DNA of 60,736 nt, the filler included, from Basidiobolus ranarum (Eukaryota): NCBI GenBank assembly GCA_040143965.1. It is 14 parts of 14 records of this genome, joined end to end, with 100 filler letters (N's around TTAATTAATTAA, not from the genome) between each part and the next. Parts side by side here need not be neighbours in the genome. Positions count along the whole stretch, not along the records: positions 1 to 4,257 come from JASJQH010008921.1; positions 4,358 to 8,612 come from JASJQH010008922.1; positions 8,713 to 12,965 come from JASJQH010008923.1; 11 more parts are not named here. One strand, given 5' to 3'. Each line of letters starts with the position of its first letter. The stretch's first letter is position 1. A model generated the notes under the pieces. It had not been told where the DNA came from. It ran no database searches and saw only the letters and a list, made by a program, of their open reading frames with translations. Below are positions 1 to 12,370 of the stretch, one piece after another. The translations under genes and the position numbers were made by a program.

Positions 1-165
1 AGACCAAGTCTACTGATTGGGTGATGGTAACAATGTAATATAATATGACCAGCAGAGCTATAAAAATGATACCTAGGAACATCACTATAAGTGAAATATC
101 CACCGCCTATCCTCTATTCACACTTAAGTCAATCTTTGATCTCTACTCAACGTAGTTTTAAAAGC

Positions 166-1680
166 ATGGAGAACAGTCGTATTGCCTGGATATCTCAACT
201 CAGCATCGATGTCAAGACTAAAGCCAAGAGAAAAACCTCAATCATTTGCACAATTGGACCAAAGACTAACAGTGTAGAAATGATGAATGCACTTAGACAG
301 GCTGGCATGAATATCGTTCGAATGAATTTCTCCCATGGGTCTTACGATTATCATGGGTCAGTCATAGCCAACGCACGCGCGAGTAAAGGGAATAGCCCTA
401 TTGCTATTGCGTTGGACTCTAAAGGACCAGAAATCAGAACCGGCTTATGTGAAAATGATGTTGAAACTGCAATATCTGCAGGTCACGAAATGCTTATCAC
501 CACTGATGATAAATACCAAGAGAAATGCAATGGGGAAAGAATGTATGTGGATTATAAGAATTTACCCAAGGTAATTGAAAAGGGAAAGATAATCTATGTT
601 GACGATGGTATTCTTTCGTTTGAGGTTCTTGAAGTTGGGAATGTGGACGTCAAAGTTCGAGCCTTGAATAATGGTAAGATTTGCAGCCGAAAGGGTGTAA
701 ACCTACCCAAGACTGATGTTGATCTTCCTGCCCTATCCGAGAAAGACAAATCTGATCTCCGCTTTGGTGTGGAACAAGGCGTAGACATGATTTTCGCCTC
801 TTTCATTCGCTCAGCCCAGGATGTTCGCGATATCAGATCCGTACTTGGGGAGAAAGGTAAACACATTAAAATCATCGTGAAGATTGAAAACTATCAGGGT
901 GTGTACAATTTTCCCGAGATTTTGAAAGAAACCGACGGTGTCATGGTTGCTCGTGGTGATTTGGGTATTGAGATTCCTTGTGAGCGAGTTTTCATTGCCC
1001 AAAAGTCCATAATCGCTCAATGTAACCTAGCTGGGAAACCAGTTGTGTGTGCTACTCAAATGCTTGAATCAATGACATATAATCCTAGACCTACGCGCGC
1101 CGAAGTGAGCGATGTAGCCAATGCTGTCCTTGATGGTGCTGACTGTGTTATGTTGTCCGGTGAAACTGCCAAAGGATCTTACCCTCTCGAAGCGGTAACT
1201 ACCATGGCGCAAGCGTGTCAGTTGGCCGAATCTGTCATCTGTTACCCGCCACTATTCAACGATCTTAGAGCACTAACTAAAAGACCGACTGATACCACCG
1301 AGACAGTGGCGTCCTCTGCTGTTAACGCTTCATTAGAGGCAGATGCTGGGGCGATTATAGTATTGACTCAAACTGGTAATACTGCTCGATTGATATCAAA
1401 ATACCGCCCGGTTTGCCCCATTATCACTGTTACCCGTAACCCGGCAGTTGCTCGGCAAATACATTTGCACTCTGGCTGCTACCCCTTCATATACGATAAA
1501 CCTCAGGTTAAAGAGTCCGACCCCCAAGAATGGCAATCAGATGTTGATAACCGGGTGGCATTCGCTCTTGAATGTGGCAGTAAATTTGGACTACTTCAGA
1601 AAGGTCAACCAGTGATTGTTATTCAAGGTTTTAAAGAAGGTATAGGAAACACCAATAGTATGCGATTAATTAGTGCATAA
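166..1680 (+). CDS. PYK1: Pyruvate kinase (intronless)
   Basis: Motifs [67 protein letters not shown]. The first ATG is at 166 (MENSRIAW); the ORF-track start at 91 is a GTG. A TATAAAA lies at 59-65. Confidence 0.97.
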   Translation: MENSRIAWISQLSIDVKTKAKRKTSIICTIGPKTNSVEMMNALRQAGMNIVRMNFSHGSYDYHGSVIANARASKGNSPIAIALDSKGPEIRTGLCENDVETAISAGHEMLITTDDKYQEKCNGERMYVDYKNLPKVIEKGKIIYVDDGILSFEVLEVGNVDVKVRALNNGKICSRKGVNLPKTDVDLPALSEKDKSDLRFGVEQGVDMIFASFIRSAQDVRDIRSVLGEKGKHIKIIVKIENYQGVYNFPEILKETDGVMVARGDLGIEIPCERVFIAQKSIIAQCNLAGKPVVCATQMLESMTYNPRPTRAEVSDVANAVLDGADCVMLSGETAKGSYPLEAVTTMAQACQLAESVICYPPLFNDLRALTKRPTDTTETVASSAVNASLEADAGAIIVLTQTGNTARLISKYRPVCPIITVTRNPAVARQIHLHSGCYPFIYDKPQVKESDPQEWQSDVDNRVAFALECGSKFGLLQKGQPVIVIQGFKEGIGNTNSMRLISA

Positions 1681-2387
1681 GTATTTTGTTATAACTAGTT
1701 CAGTGAAGCAAAATGTAAATGATGTGTACTTGATAAACGCTTTTTTCCAATGATTGCCTGACTACTGAATATTTAATAATAATTTCTGTTGATATCTACA
1801 TCTCTTCCATTGACACTCTTAAAGATGTATTCGAACTTGGCCAACACGAATAGCTTAAGGAAATGGATAGTGGATTAGGAAAGGGCTATTTATCATGGAG
1901 TAAAATGCCCATATTTTACACACGCGTTCGTCAGGTGAAATTACCTATATTACCAGAAGTAGAATACTGTCAAGAACTCTTATGTTTGCCATGAAAACAT
2001 CATTACAGACTAAGGAATCTAAAGCATATATAGTTTGAACTTAGGAAATTATCGTAATCAACCATATTTCGGAGATCAAATATATATCGAATTCCCTTGA
2101 TCCTATCATAATAATATTTTTACACCTTCTACAATCCTACTCTCTAAGATTGCATTATTTTGTGTATTCTAGTTGAGATACCATTCCAGTTTCGAAAAAA
2201 AATCATTCGAATAATTGGTATCGAAAATACCCTAGAATTCTCCTCGTGTACACTGTACAGAGCGTTGTGGCGTGGACTCTAGGTACTACAAAATTTTGCC
2301 TATTCTTTCACTTCTTTGTCTTGGGGTTTCTTTGATACTTTCTTCGATAGATTATTAATATTTGTTTGATTCACATAATTCTCAGTC

Positions 2388-3942
2388 ATGTCGGTCTCTT
2401 TCGAACCAAGCAATGAGAAGGAAAGAATCCGTCAAGGAATACTGCGAATCGGTACGGAGAGAGCAATTGGAGAACTCCAAATGGAAACTCCCAATTGTTT
2501 GATGTATAGCCATCGTGGCGCTACTCCTCATCTAACTCCCGATGTTGCTCGTACAGTACCGAATCGTGGAATTCAAATCTCTTTGAGTCACATGTACGCT
2601 TCCTTTGAACATTCACATACCCGTATTGATTCTAAACTATGACTCCATAGGTTAGACAATTTGCCTCCTGTTTCGATCAAATTCGAGCCTGGACTTCATA
2701 AATTATTGAACCTTGAGGTACCCGTCTTGCTCCTTCATCACTGATCAGTATCAGATATGCGACAAGCACCTGTCTCATTTCCATTATAGGACTATTTTGT
2801 GTTTGTCGACATGCTAGATCCCTCCCCTGAATTAGAGCAAACGCCCTTCAATGGTGAAAAATATATCTCCGTCAACACCTATGGTGGTATGCGTAAAGTA
2901 AGTGACTATGACTCGACTGTGTGAAAATCTTAATTCCACGATATCATGTAGCTTAATGGTAAAATTGCTATTTTAGATAACTCCTGAGGATTTTATCAAA
3001 ACCGTCAATGTGTATAAGCCCGACATCACCATAGCCATGGCTGATATTGTAGTTGATAAGAATCCTAGCGCTAAACGTGCACGGAATTCTGTGAATCGGA
3101 CATTGAAATGGCTAGATGAAATCATTGCAGAGAAACAGGTTGGTACTATCACGGTACTTTAATGGCGTAGAGGTAATATTAACTGCCGTATATCTGCCAG
3201 CAAAACATCCGACTATTTGGTGTTTTGGTAGGCTCTCAGCATGAAGGTGAACGTCAAAGATGTGCTGAAGAAGTTGTCAAGAGAAATGTTGATGGTGATT
3301 ACTCTATCCAGATATATGTATATACACCTCTTCGCTCCTTCACAATTAAGACGGACATTTTTCCTTTTAGGTTATGTTCTCGATGCACGTAGCTTTGATG
3401 TTACTCTTGAGGAAAAAGAAAGATTACTCAAAATTTCTCTTGATTGTTTGCCCACGGACAAGCCAAGAATGGGCTACGGCTTCAGTACACCTGGTAACAG
3501 CTAGAATTTTAGTCACTCTACATTACTAAGCTAACCCGCTTTACTTTTAGATGAAATCTTGCGTGGCGTTTCTCTTGGTATTGACCTATTTGACTCTACT
3601 TTTCCCTGTACTGTTACCGAAAAAGGACATGCCTTGACATTTAAATTCTGTCAGCAACAGGATGATACCTCTGCAGACCTCGCTTACGATCTCTGGGATC
3701 CCAAGAACAAAAAAGACCAACGACCATTCCTTGAGGGCTGTGAATGCTTTGCTTGCCAAAATCATACCCGTTGCTACACTCACCACCTCCTTAATACTCA
3801 CGAAATGCTGGCCTCTGTTCTATTGATGGTTCACAATTTCCATCACTATTCACGCTTCTTCAAGGAAATTAGAGACAGCATTAGTAATAATACATTTGAA
3901 CAGAAGCGTGGCGACTTCTTGCTACAATACTACAAACCATAG
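2388..3942 (+). CDS. QTRT2: Queuine tRNA-ribosyltransferase accessory subunit 2, 7 exons (2388-2593, 2651-2717, 2790-2897, 2977-3138, 3201-3294, 3371-3493, 3551-3942)
   Basis: Six GT-AG introns of 57-79 nt give one continuous frame: TPNCLMYSHRGATPHLTPD ... ISVNTYGGMRKITPEDF ... SVNRTLKWLDE ... LPTDKPR ... GIDLFDS, plus the TGT zinc site CECFAC...HEMLASVLLMVHN. GATPHLT and the missing DSGGFQ catalytic motif point to the non-catalytic subunit. Confidence 0.9.
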
Positions 3943-4257
3943 ATCGAAATAAACCTTGATTTGGTAATCACACAAGATATTATTGAATCCTCGGATCTTT
4001 CCCCCAATGACCACAGCCTTTGACCGATGACAAATCAATCTCTAAATGGCTCGACTAGCCCTTGATTTGCTTTCAAAAACCCTCATCCATCCATAGTAAG
4101 CGTTGCTTCCATGTCAAATAGAACAAAGGTTTACAAACAACTCAACCATAATCACGATGCCTCTAGTAAGAGCGGAAGGTCATTTGGTTGCCTATGAATT
4201 AGGTATATCTATCTACTCCAGATGCCATTTCCCAAAACCCTTGGAAATCTCAGTTAG

Positions 4258-4357
4258 NNNNNNNNNNNNNNNNNNNNNNNNNNNNNNNNNNNNNNNNNNN
4301 NTTAATTAATTAANNNNNNNNNNNNNNNNNNNNNNNNNNNNNNNNNNNNNNNNNNNN
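4258..4357. other. Artificial contig spacer (44 N + TTAATTAATTAA + 44 N), first of 13
   Basis: Identical 100-nt spacers start at 4258, 8613, 12966, 17317, 21667, 26013, 30359, 34702, 39044, 43385, 47726, 52065 and 56402. The intervening contigs shrink from 4257 to 4235 nt and never get longer. Confidence 0.99.
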
Positions 4358-5068
4358 AAGTGTAACACAGATCCCGCCAAGATTATAGAAGGAACTGTAT
4401 ACTATACCATAGAGATATGCCGGAACCCACTCGCTAAGGACGACTTCCATGGGTATGTATGATATTCGGGGGGGGGGAGGATTACTAGTAGCCTGTATCT
4501 AAATAGAGACTCATTTTTTCAGATTCCCAAGCGGACATGCGTCTACGGCGTTCTGCGGTTGGTCCTATTTTTCACTTTACTTGGCAGGGAAAATGAAAAT
4601 CTATAATGGCACCCACCATTTCTGGAAGGTAATATTGCCACTCAGTATCCTTCAAAAGTGAATGTACACTAATATATGATGTAAATGATATCTATAGTTG
4701 GTTATTGTAGTAGTCTTACCATTGGTCGTAGCAGTCTGGGTTAGCGCCAGTCGTATTCTCGATTTCAACCATTTCTTCTACCAACTTCTCTTTGGTGGAA
4801 TTCTTGGACTCATTGCGACTTACTGTAGCTACAAACTGCACTTTGATTATACTTGGATGCATTCCCTGGACTACCGTAACAGTCATGTAAGTTGATAGCG
4901 CAACAATTATCCATTAGAACGACTTCTAAACATATCTTTATCCAGATCCCTGTGCATTATTTAACCGATAATGAACTAGAGAATGGGGAATCGCACCCTA
5001 ACATGTCTATGGTAGATAGAACCGATCGATCTGACGACGAATATGAGCTGCGCAACGTGTCACCGTAA
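4358..5068 (+). CDS. PAP2-family lipid phosphate phosphatase (DPP1/LPP1-like), 3' part; exons 4358-4452, 4523-4628, 4698-4886, 4946-5068
   Basis: The spliced frame reads ...DDFHGFPSGHASTAF...SLYLAGKM...VSASRILDFNHFFYQLLFGGILG..., giving PAP2 motifs 2 and 3. Introns are GT-AG. The 5' end is cut by the contig edge. Confidence 0.88.
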
Positions 5069-6609
5069 TCACCGTATGTACGAAAGACAGAAAAACTCAT
5101 GTGAAGACAATAATTACCTGTGAATATAATAGCATTTTTCTAAACACTACTATTCCCCAAACCATGCAACCTTCTACGAAAGATTTGTAATTACATAACC
5201 TTGTGGAACCCAAACATAAATGTACTTCAATCCCATCCCATCGATTTGTGACTCTTGTTAGTGATCAGCAAGTTATTGGGTCATTTTAATCCGAATTTTT
5301 CTCGTCCTTGCCCCACCCAACTTCATGTTGTAGTAGTGACCTGTCTGAGTTATTAAGAGAGACATTGAATTAAGAGTAAACACTAGATTTCTTCCAATGC
5401 TGTGGTAGACACCAAACGAACCTTAATCAGACAGAGGTTTAATGGAACTTGTTTATGACGACATCAATATCACATACTTGCATAGGGAATTTCCAAATTA
5501 GCTCGAGTAGATATACTAGATGAGATGTTGTCACAATACAGCTCTTAATTCCAATGCTATACAAACGCCAATCAAACTGTCCCCTCCACCCCCCTTCCCA
5601 TTTCCTGAATGAACTTTAGCATGGACTGTAGGTAGACAAGGGAATGCAGGATCTCTATGATTCGTTGATTGTTATCATGTACGTCTATCATTGCTGATTT
5701 AGCCATATTAAAAGACTGGTTGGGATTCAATGATGTAATGAGATGGAATTCAATTCCGACCTTGCGTGTCATTGTAGAGCTGTCTTTTAGACATAGGCTG
5801 ATGGTGATCCAAGGAGAGAGGTTCAATGTCCTAATAGCCGTTAAGTAAGCGATAACCATCCAAATTTGTACATATCAGCCAACAATAAAGATTGCACATC
5901 TAGAAAATCGAATGATCCCAACCAATCGCCCTATCATGCCTCCAAGGCTCTAGATGGTTAGAGATTCAATATTTTCCAGTGATATCAACTACTTGTTGAT
6001 CCGAGGATCCGCCATCCCTCAACTCTTGTTATTAGAATAGCTGGTTTATAGTATGGATTATTGGTGATTTCTCCCTTTGTAATCATCAACTGAACCGGAT
6101 ATTTTTGGATTGGTTCGATTTTATAGTATAGTGGTTACATCTGGCATGGCATGATAACTACGTCACTAAATAACAGCTAAATTCGATACTAGAGCTTTAG
6201 TATTAACCTATATTTAGTACATGATTTATATGGTCTCAAAGATGAAGTTCTTGGCTGATATAATTTGATCGGATCATATTATGAATTAACTGGTATATTT
6301 CACAGTTCTACTCACTTTAAATATTGCTAATTCTTTACTATACAAAATACAATAAAATAGTATTGTACTTCGAGGCTTTAGCAATCAATCTGATTCTAAA
6401 AGACTTCTTGTAAGAAGTGATCAATGCAGGTACTGTATATTCTTACATCATGTTTGTGATCTCACTTAGAATAGGCATACATAAATACAAATACTTAGAT
6501 AACTCTAATTGACCCAAATGCAGTTAAGGTGAAATTATTGCTCAATATCAGATAACTAAATACTAAGCTATATATGACTAAATAGGTATCTAGGCAATGC
6601 AAATTTTTA

Positions 6610-8381
6610 CCAAGATTTCACCCATTATTTGATATTGGAATTTACTTAGAAGTTCTTGGATATATAGTTTTCTCAGAGGAGCCCCAAACTTTGCACACAT
6701 GTTAGTCTATTTACATCTTGACAAAATTATAAATGTCAACTTTCAACTCAATAAATCAATAAGTGAAAACCACAAATTTTGATAATTCTCCAAACCACCT
6801 CCAACAGGCTCCCAAAATACTTTAACAGTATTTATTGTCAATGGTTTATGATGGGTTTCTTTACATTGCCCAACACCCATGATAGTCCATGAGCACAGCT
6901 CAATGTTCAAACTTAATTAATCAACAAGTGAAAGCCATGAATTTCTCAAACCACCTCCCATAGGCTCTCAATAGTGTTTAACAGGCTATGAGACTCAAGC
7001 TTGTACTCTCTGCAATATCTACTTCTCAAATTTCTGTAAATTTCTCCTTTTCTAAAAATTGGATGGAACTAATTATCAAGTTTGGAGAAATAAAATCAAA
7101 GTGATGCTGCCAGAAAAAGGACTTTGCAACATTGTTGTAAAAGAAGTAGATAATGCAAAACTATCTAAAACCAAAACTTTACTCCAGGTTAAAAAAAACA
7201 AAGTGCCTTTAACACATTTTGTCTCAATGTTAAAGACAAATTGCTAGTTCAACAATCAAAAGTCAAATTGCCAGGAAGGTATGGAAAGCCTTGAAAGACA
7301 CCTATCAAACACATTCAGCTACCAACAAGAAGTGTCCAAGGAGACAGTTCTTCCACTCAAGGATGAAGCCAGTAGAAGATATTAAATCGCAAATTAATAG
7401 TCACTATTTTGGTGGCCACAATGGAATATATTGGAGTACCTATTACTGATCAAGAAATCATAGTTACAGTCCTGAATAGCCTGTCAAACAAGTTTCAGAG
7501 CCTAGTATTGGCTCTAGAATCCAGAACTGAAAACTTGACCTTAATTTATGTGTATGGCAAACTCCTGGATGAAGATTTATACATATTAGGATCACCCAAA
7601 AGAATTAGGAAATACTCTAATAGGCTATGGGAAGCCTCTCTATTGTTGAGATTAGCATTGGCTAGGCACCTAAGTAGTCATATATAGATTAGTGTATAGC
7701 AATTGTGTACTACACTTAGATATTATACATTATTCTTAATTCAAACTTACTTGCATGTATTTCACTACTTAGAAGCTCTCATGTATATAGATTTTTCAAA
7801 CAAGTGCTAGAGAACCCAAACATTGCACATATGCTTCTGAGACCTTCCTTAGCACATTCTATATGCTATTTCTTTATATCTTGACAAAAGTTTAAATATC
7901 AACTTTCTACTCAATAACTCAAATATACAAAACCACCAATATATCTAATTCTCCAAGCCACTTCCAACAGACTCCCAAATGCTTTGACATCCATAAAAGT
8001 CTAAAGCACTTGAAGAAGAGAAGTAGCAGACTCTGTGATTACTGTAGCAGAATAGGCCATTTAAGCAAAGATTGCCTTAAAAGAATTGCAAAAGAACAAA
8101 AATGTACTCAATCTGGAAATGTGTTTATAATAAAAGAGCACTTTTTCATATCTGCTCTATCTATAACTACCAACATGGATGCTTAAAGAGAGTATATTGA
8201 TTCTGTTGCCTCACAGCATTTCACTAATGAAAAACATTGGTTTGTGGATTACAAAGAAATCCCAATTAGCAAGGTTTTCATGGGAGATGACCATACATTG
8301 GATGCCATTGGAATAGGATCAATTGAAGTTAATATAACTGGTGCTTCTGATGAGAAGTGTATACTTTTACAGATGTAATAC
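6610..8381 (+). mobile_element. Decayed Ty1/copia element, family A: LTR remnants, PBS, gag, zinc knuckle, protease
   Basis: LTR end TTAACA at 6983, then PBS-like GGCTATGAGACTC. Gag: KLDGTNYQVWRNKIK. Knuckle: CDYCSRIGHLSKDC. Protease: YIDSVASQHFT. Many stops and frameshifts. Confidence 0.9.
7644..7989 (+). mobile_element. Solo LTR of family A inserted into family-A gag
   Basis: TGTTGAG...TTTGACA, homologous to LTR 47865-48212. Flanks TCTAT/TCCAT are a 4/5 match TSD. The gag reading resumes across the insertion. Confidence 0.85.
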
Positions 8382-8432
8382 TGTTAGATAATTAATCTTC
8401 ATTCAACATCTTAGTTAACTTTAGTTAAGATA
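8382..8432 (+). mobile_element. Start of a family-B copia LTR interrupting the family-A protease region
   Basis: TGTTAGATAATTAATCTTCATTCAACATCTTAGTTAAC matches the LTR starts at 20770 and 21181. Confidence 0.8.
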
Positions 8433-9010
8433 CCCCTAACAAAAATAAAATTGATTTGATCCGGATCGGATCCACCCTCCAAAATAGCAAAACCGTCAGA
8501 GAACTGTCACAATATTGCTGGCTTGCATTCTGCCAGGGTTTTTGATGGTGGGATGGCGGTTTCCTGACGGTATCTTAACGGTATTCATACATGTAAAAAT
8601 ATTGATCCTCAANNNNNNNNNNNNNNNNNNNNNNNNNNNNNNNNNNNNNNNNNNNNTTAATTAATTAANNNNNNNNNNNNNNNNNNNNNNNNNNNNNNNN
8701 NNNNNNNNNNNNATTCTCATAAATTTGTGAGTTGCATCCCAGCAATGGGTTATGATGTACCTCACAGTAAAGCCTGGTTGCTATATATATAAGCCATAAT
8801 ATCCAATGCATGTCAACACTACCTTTTCCTTCATGATCATTACCTCATCTCCAGAAATCCTAAGTACTTTTGGTTGATATTGAAAATATGCTTTGACTTT
8901 GAGTTCTATTTATAAGCACATTTTCTAACTTTTACATTAGATATGGAAAGTAAACGAGCTTGGGAGTCTACTAACACGAAGGTGGTGTGAATAAAGTAGT
9001 ATTACATAGT

Positions 9011-9189
9011 GGACTTGCTCCCTGTGATAGTGCCAGATTGTGCTGTATTTATCATATTGGATAAAGTATTCTAGAATTTATGTGGCACAATTTGGCACGA
9101 TTCAGCACCCTCTGGCATGATCAATTTCAATCACAATTACTCTAATATATTGAGCCAAGGTCTGATAAATCCTGGAACAATAGAACAAG
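9011..9189 (+). repeat. Internal fragment of the family-B LTR
   Basis: Near-identical to about 21456-21633 (GTGATAGTGCCAGATTGTGCTG...AAGGTCTGATAAATCCTGG). Confidence 0.8.
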
Positions 9190-10972
9190 TCCAGTTATTG
9201 ATTCTTATCTTATTATGATATTTGGCACTCAAATACCCAAATACTTTTGAATATAAATATAACACAATCTTTAGAGCTAATATGTTCATTTAAATTACTC
9301 CAAATCCAGTCATCATCACCTAGTGATTGAACAGATAATATGAACAGCTCTAAACGGCTTGTCAAGTATCTTCCGCCGAAAAATAGACAATTTACGGCAA
9401 ATTATCTATCCGGAATAAATATCACTTGGTTGAAGGAGCCAATGCCTACCTCGGCGCCTTTACGTGATTAGTTTATACCCGTTATGGCTAAATACAGTTA
9501 GTAGAGTTAAAATGGACCTATTCTTTATATTACATCGGAGCTTAAAATTATACAGCAATTCAACTTCTATAAACAGATTACTGGTTTTTCATATATGGCT
9601 TCCGAATTACGAGCGAACCAATCATGGTGACGGTGTAACATCATGAAACAGTTTCAAGCTAAATTTGGCCCAATACGAGTGAAGTCCGGATTGGTCTTCG
9701 ACTGGGATCGTACATGAATCATAAAGATGATGACAATGACTATAAAGTTACATCAAATACAGTTTTTTAGGTAATAGAAAACTTCGATCTCAAACACATT
9801 GAAATGATGACAATGCGACCTGTCAAGCTTTTTTAAATTATGGATATTTGAATTACTGGAATTACTAAAAATCCCCAGGATTCCACCCAGCATGATGGCC
9901 CTATATTCTACTGGCAATATCGAGTTCAAGTGTTCAAACCTCTCTACAGACTTGTTCGCCTTGAGACAACAAAATTTTTTCAACTTAAATTCGATTTTTT
10001 TTTGACTTCCAAGGAGTACATTTCGAAGCTTGGTTGGCTTAAGGTTTAAGCTGATGGCAGAGTATCTATCTGTGCAACACTCATGAATCCACTCAGCGAT
10101 CTTCCAAATTCATATCCTCTCATATGTTTGTTTTCCCATTCTGGATCCTATTTCCACGGACTCGATCATTTGCTTCCCAGAACGCCTAAAACGTATACCA
10201 AAATGGTTCATTAATAATCACTGCAGGTGTTTCCTGATTATTTTCTACCAAGTACATTGATGTTTCCCATATTTATTTTGGCCGCTATCAGTACTCGTAT
10301 GTATGTCATGATTACGCCATTATTTAGCACACTAATCACTTAAATCTCAAAATTACTCTTTACGAATACCTATATTATGGGTAATCCAGCTTGTAACAAT
10401 TGAAATGACCTGCTTAGACACGGTGTATCAAAGAAATCCTTTTTGACTTTACGATGGTAATAAATTCGATAATAAAGTTTCATAGAATTGATCCCTAACC
10501 CTAAATTTTTCGATTGCTCTAGAGGTCTGCCTTCGATAATAGTCCTATATTTACTAAATCAAGAATGGGGAAGCAGATGTTTCTCTATATATTAGACCCA
10601 GTAAATGCCACTATTTTGGTACGTGGGTTGCTATAGGGTAATTGAAAATTAAATGTATTTAATCAAAAAAACCACTTTTTTTTCAGCATGCCAATGCCCA
10701 TATATATCGAAAGGGGCAATAGAGCGGCCATATTCACTCGAGATCAGAATAGCTGTCTATTTTAGTATGGGTAATCATCAGCAGGCTCAGTGTAGACATT
10801 CTGGTGTAGAGAATCCTAGCTGCCTATAAAAGTGAAGTGTCTGCTGATTTCTCTTCTCTTTACCTTCATTCCAGCTCACCTTCATTCCAGATCCCTTTGG
10901 ACAGCGCGAGCATCTTCAGCTCGTCCCACGTTCCACCTATAATTTCTAATTCTTTTCCCAGCAACAAACAGT

Positions 10973-12370
10973 ATGTGGGAAATCCTCACCATTTTGGCTT
11001 GCATATTTGGCCCACTGTGGTTGATACATTGTATTTACATTGGGTACGCATTTTGGATTCGTCGCGACAGTGATTACATTAAATACAGGTCACCTGCTTT
11101 GACGCTGTTTGCCGAAGTGATGGTATGCATATTGGGTCTGATGTATATTATACGTTGGTCTACCTACTACCAAGTCCCATGTTTTATCAGCGTCTGGGTC
11201 ACTCAGTTTAGTTATCCAGTGGTTTATTGTGCAATCCTGGCCCGTTCGATAAGATTGCTGTTTTTATACCGACTGAGTGAAGCTAGGCTATTTGCCGCTG
11301 TTAATATCCAAGAGAATCGCAAAGGGCAAACGTTTGGCACCTCCAAATCCGAGCGAATGAATAGTGTTAAACACTCCGATGGTGAGTCAGTGATGGAGAT
11401 GTGTACCCTAACATATCCGTCAGATTCATCCTTTGTAAATGTGTGCCATCGGAATCTTCCTTTAGAAGATAGCTGGTTCCTAAGACATCTCAAAGTAATC
11501 AGTAGTACCTATATGAAAGGGTCGATTGGAGTAGTGTTGGCCGCCCATGTTGTGGTGCTCATTGTAATCCAGAGTCTGAGCACTCGAATCTCCATATACC
11601 CTACTATCGCCACAACTAACTGCTTTAATGGCTGGGAATGGGTACCACATCAAATCTTCATCACACTGTACAACGTCTGCATGCTATTCCTGATTGTCGT
11701 CCTGAGAAATGTAGTGGACGCGTACGGCATTAGAACCGAGCTTACAGTTATGTGCGTTGTCAATGCAATAATCGATGTCTTTTTCATCATCTACTACAAT
11801 CAAGTGGGTGTTAAGGAGATCGATCCCAACAATCACCTTGTGAATATCGCGTTTATTTATTTGCTGACTTTCCAATATCAAATGGTCATTAGACCAATCA
11901 TGGTGGTTAGGGGATACCGCTCGATTTTCCTACCGATGTCACGTTCATCTGACAATCAGAATCTAACCTTATGCATGGAGTCCCTTGATCTCTTGCTTAG
12001 TAGCCCCCCATTGATGGAGCAATTCAAGATGTTTTCTGTCAAAGATTTCACGGTGGAGAATGTACTTTTCTATGAACGCTGCATGCGATTCAGAAACGAT
12101 ATTGGTGAGGGAACCGGATCCAATATCGCGGCCGAAGTGTCGGATATTTTCGATACATTCATCGCATACGAATCCCGGTTGATGATCAATCTAACTGGTC
12201 GAACCCGTCAAACGATTCAAGAGATGATAAATGGAAACGTGTATCACCTGACAATGTTCGATATCGCTGTCGAGGAAGTAAAGGATTTGATGTTTAGAAA
12301 TACCTATCCGCGATTCCTACAAAGCAAACGTCATATGTATTTCGGTTGGGATTCGGTGGCTCAAGTATAG
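10973..12370 (+). CDS. Seven-transmembrane protein with C-terminal RGS domain (GprK/AtRGS1-type), intronless
   Basis: Seven hydrophobic segments with family-like motifs (IKYRSPAL, PCF, DAYGIRTEL), followed by an RGS domain: FKMFSVKDFTVENVLFY, IFDTFI, MINL, MFDIAVEEVKDLMFRNTYPRF. TATAAAA near 10825. Confidence 0.92.
   Translation: MWEILTILACIFGPLWLIHCIYIGYAFWIRRDSDYIKYRSPALTLFAEVMVCILGLMYIIRWSTYYQVPCFISVWVTQFSYPVVYCAILARSIRLLFLYRLSEARLFAAVNIQENRKGQTFGTSKSERMNSVKHSDGESVMEMCTLTYPSDSSFVNVCHRNLPLEDSWFLRHLKVISSTYMKGSIGVVLAAHVVVLIVIQSLSTRISIYPTIATTNCFNGWEWVPHQIFITLYNVCMLFLIVVLRNVVDAYGIRTELTVMCVVNAIIDVFFIIYYNQVGVKEIDPNNHLVNIAFIYLLTFQYQMVIRPIMVVRGYRSIFLPMSRSSDNQNLTLCMESLDLLLSSPPLMEQFKMFSVKDFTVENVLFYERCMRFRNDIGEGTGSNIAAEVSDIFDTFIAYESRLMINLTGRTRQTIQEMINGNVYHLTMFDIAVEEVKDLMFRNTYPRFLQSKRHMYFGWDSVAQV

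Noticed and set aside
91-165. N-terminal extension of pyruvate kinase from a GTG
   Set aside because: Eukaryotic gene; it lies just downstream of the TATA-like element and similarity starts at the ATG at 166.
4302-4313. Recurrent TTAATTAATTAA at regular ~4.3-kb spacing, superficially array-like
   Set aside because: Synthetic six-frame stop linker inside N spacers.
9690-10150. Minus-strand protein-like fragment upstream of the 7TM-RGS gene
   Set aside because: No recognisable family; interrupted by stops.
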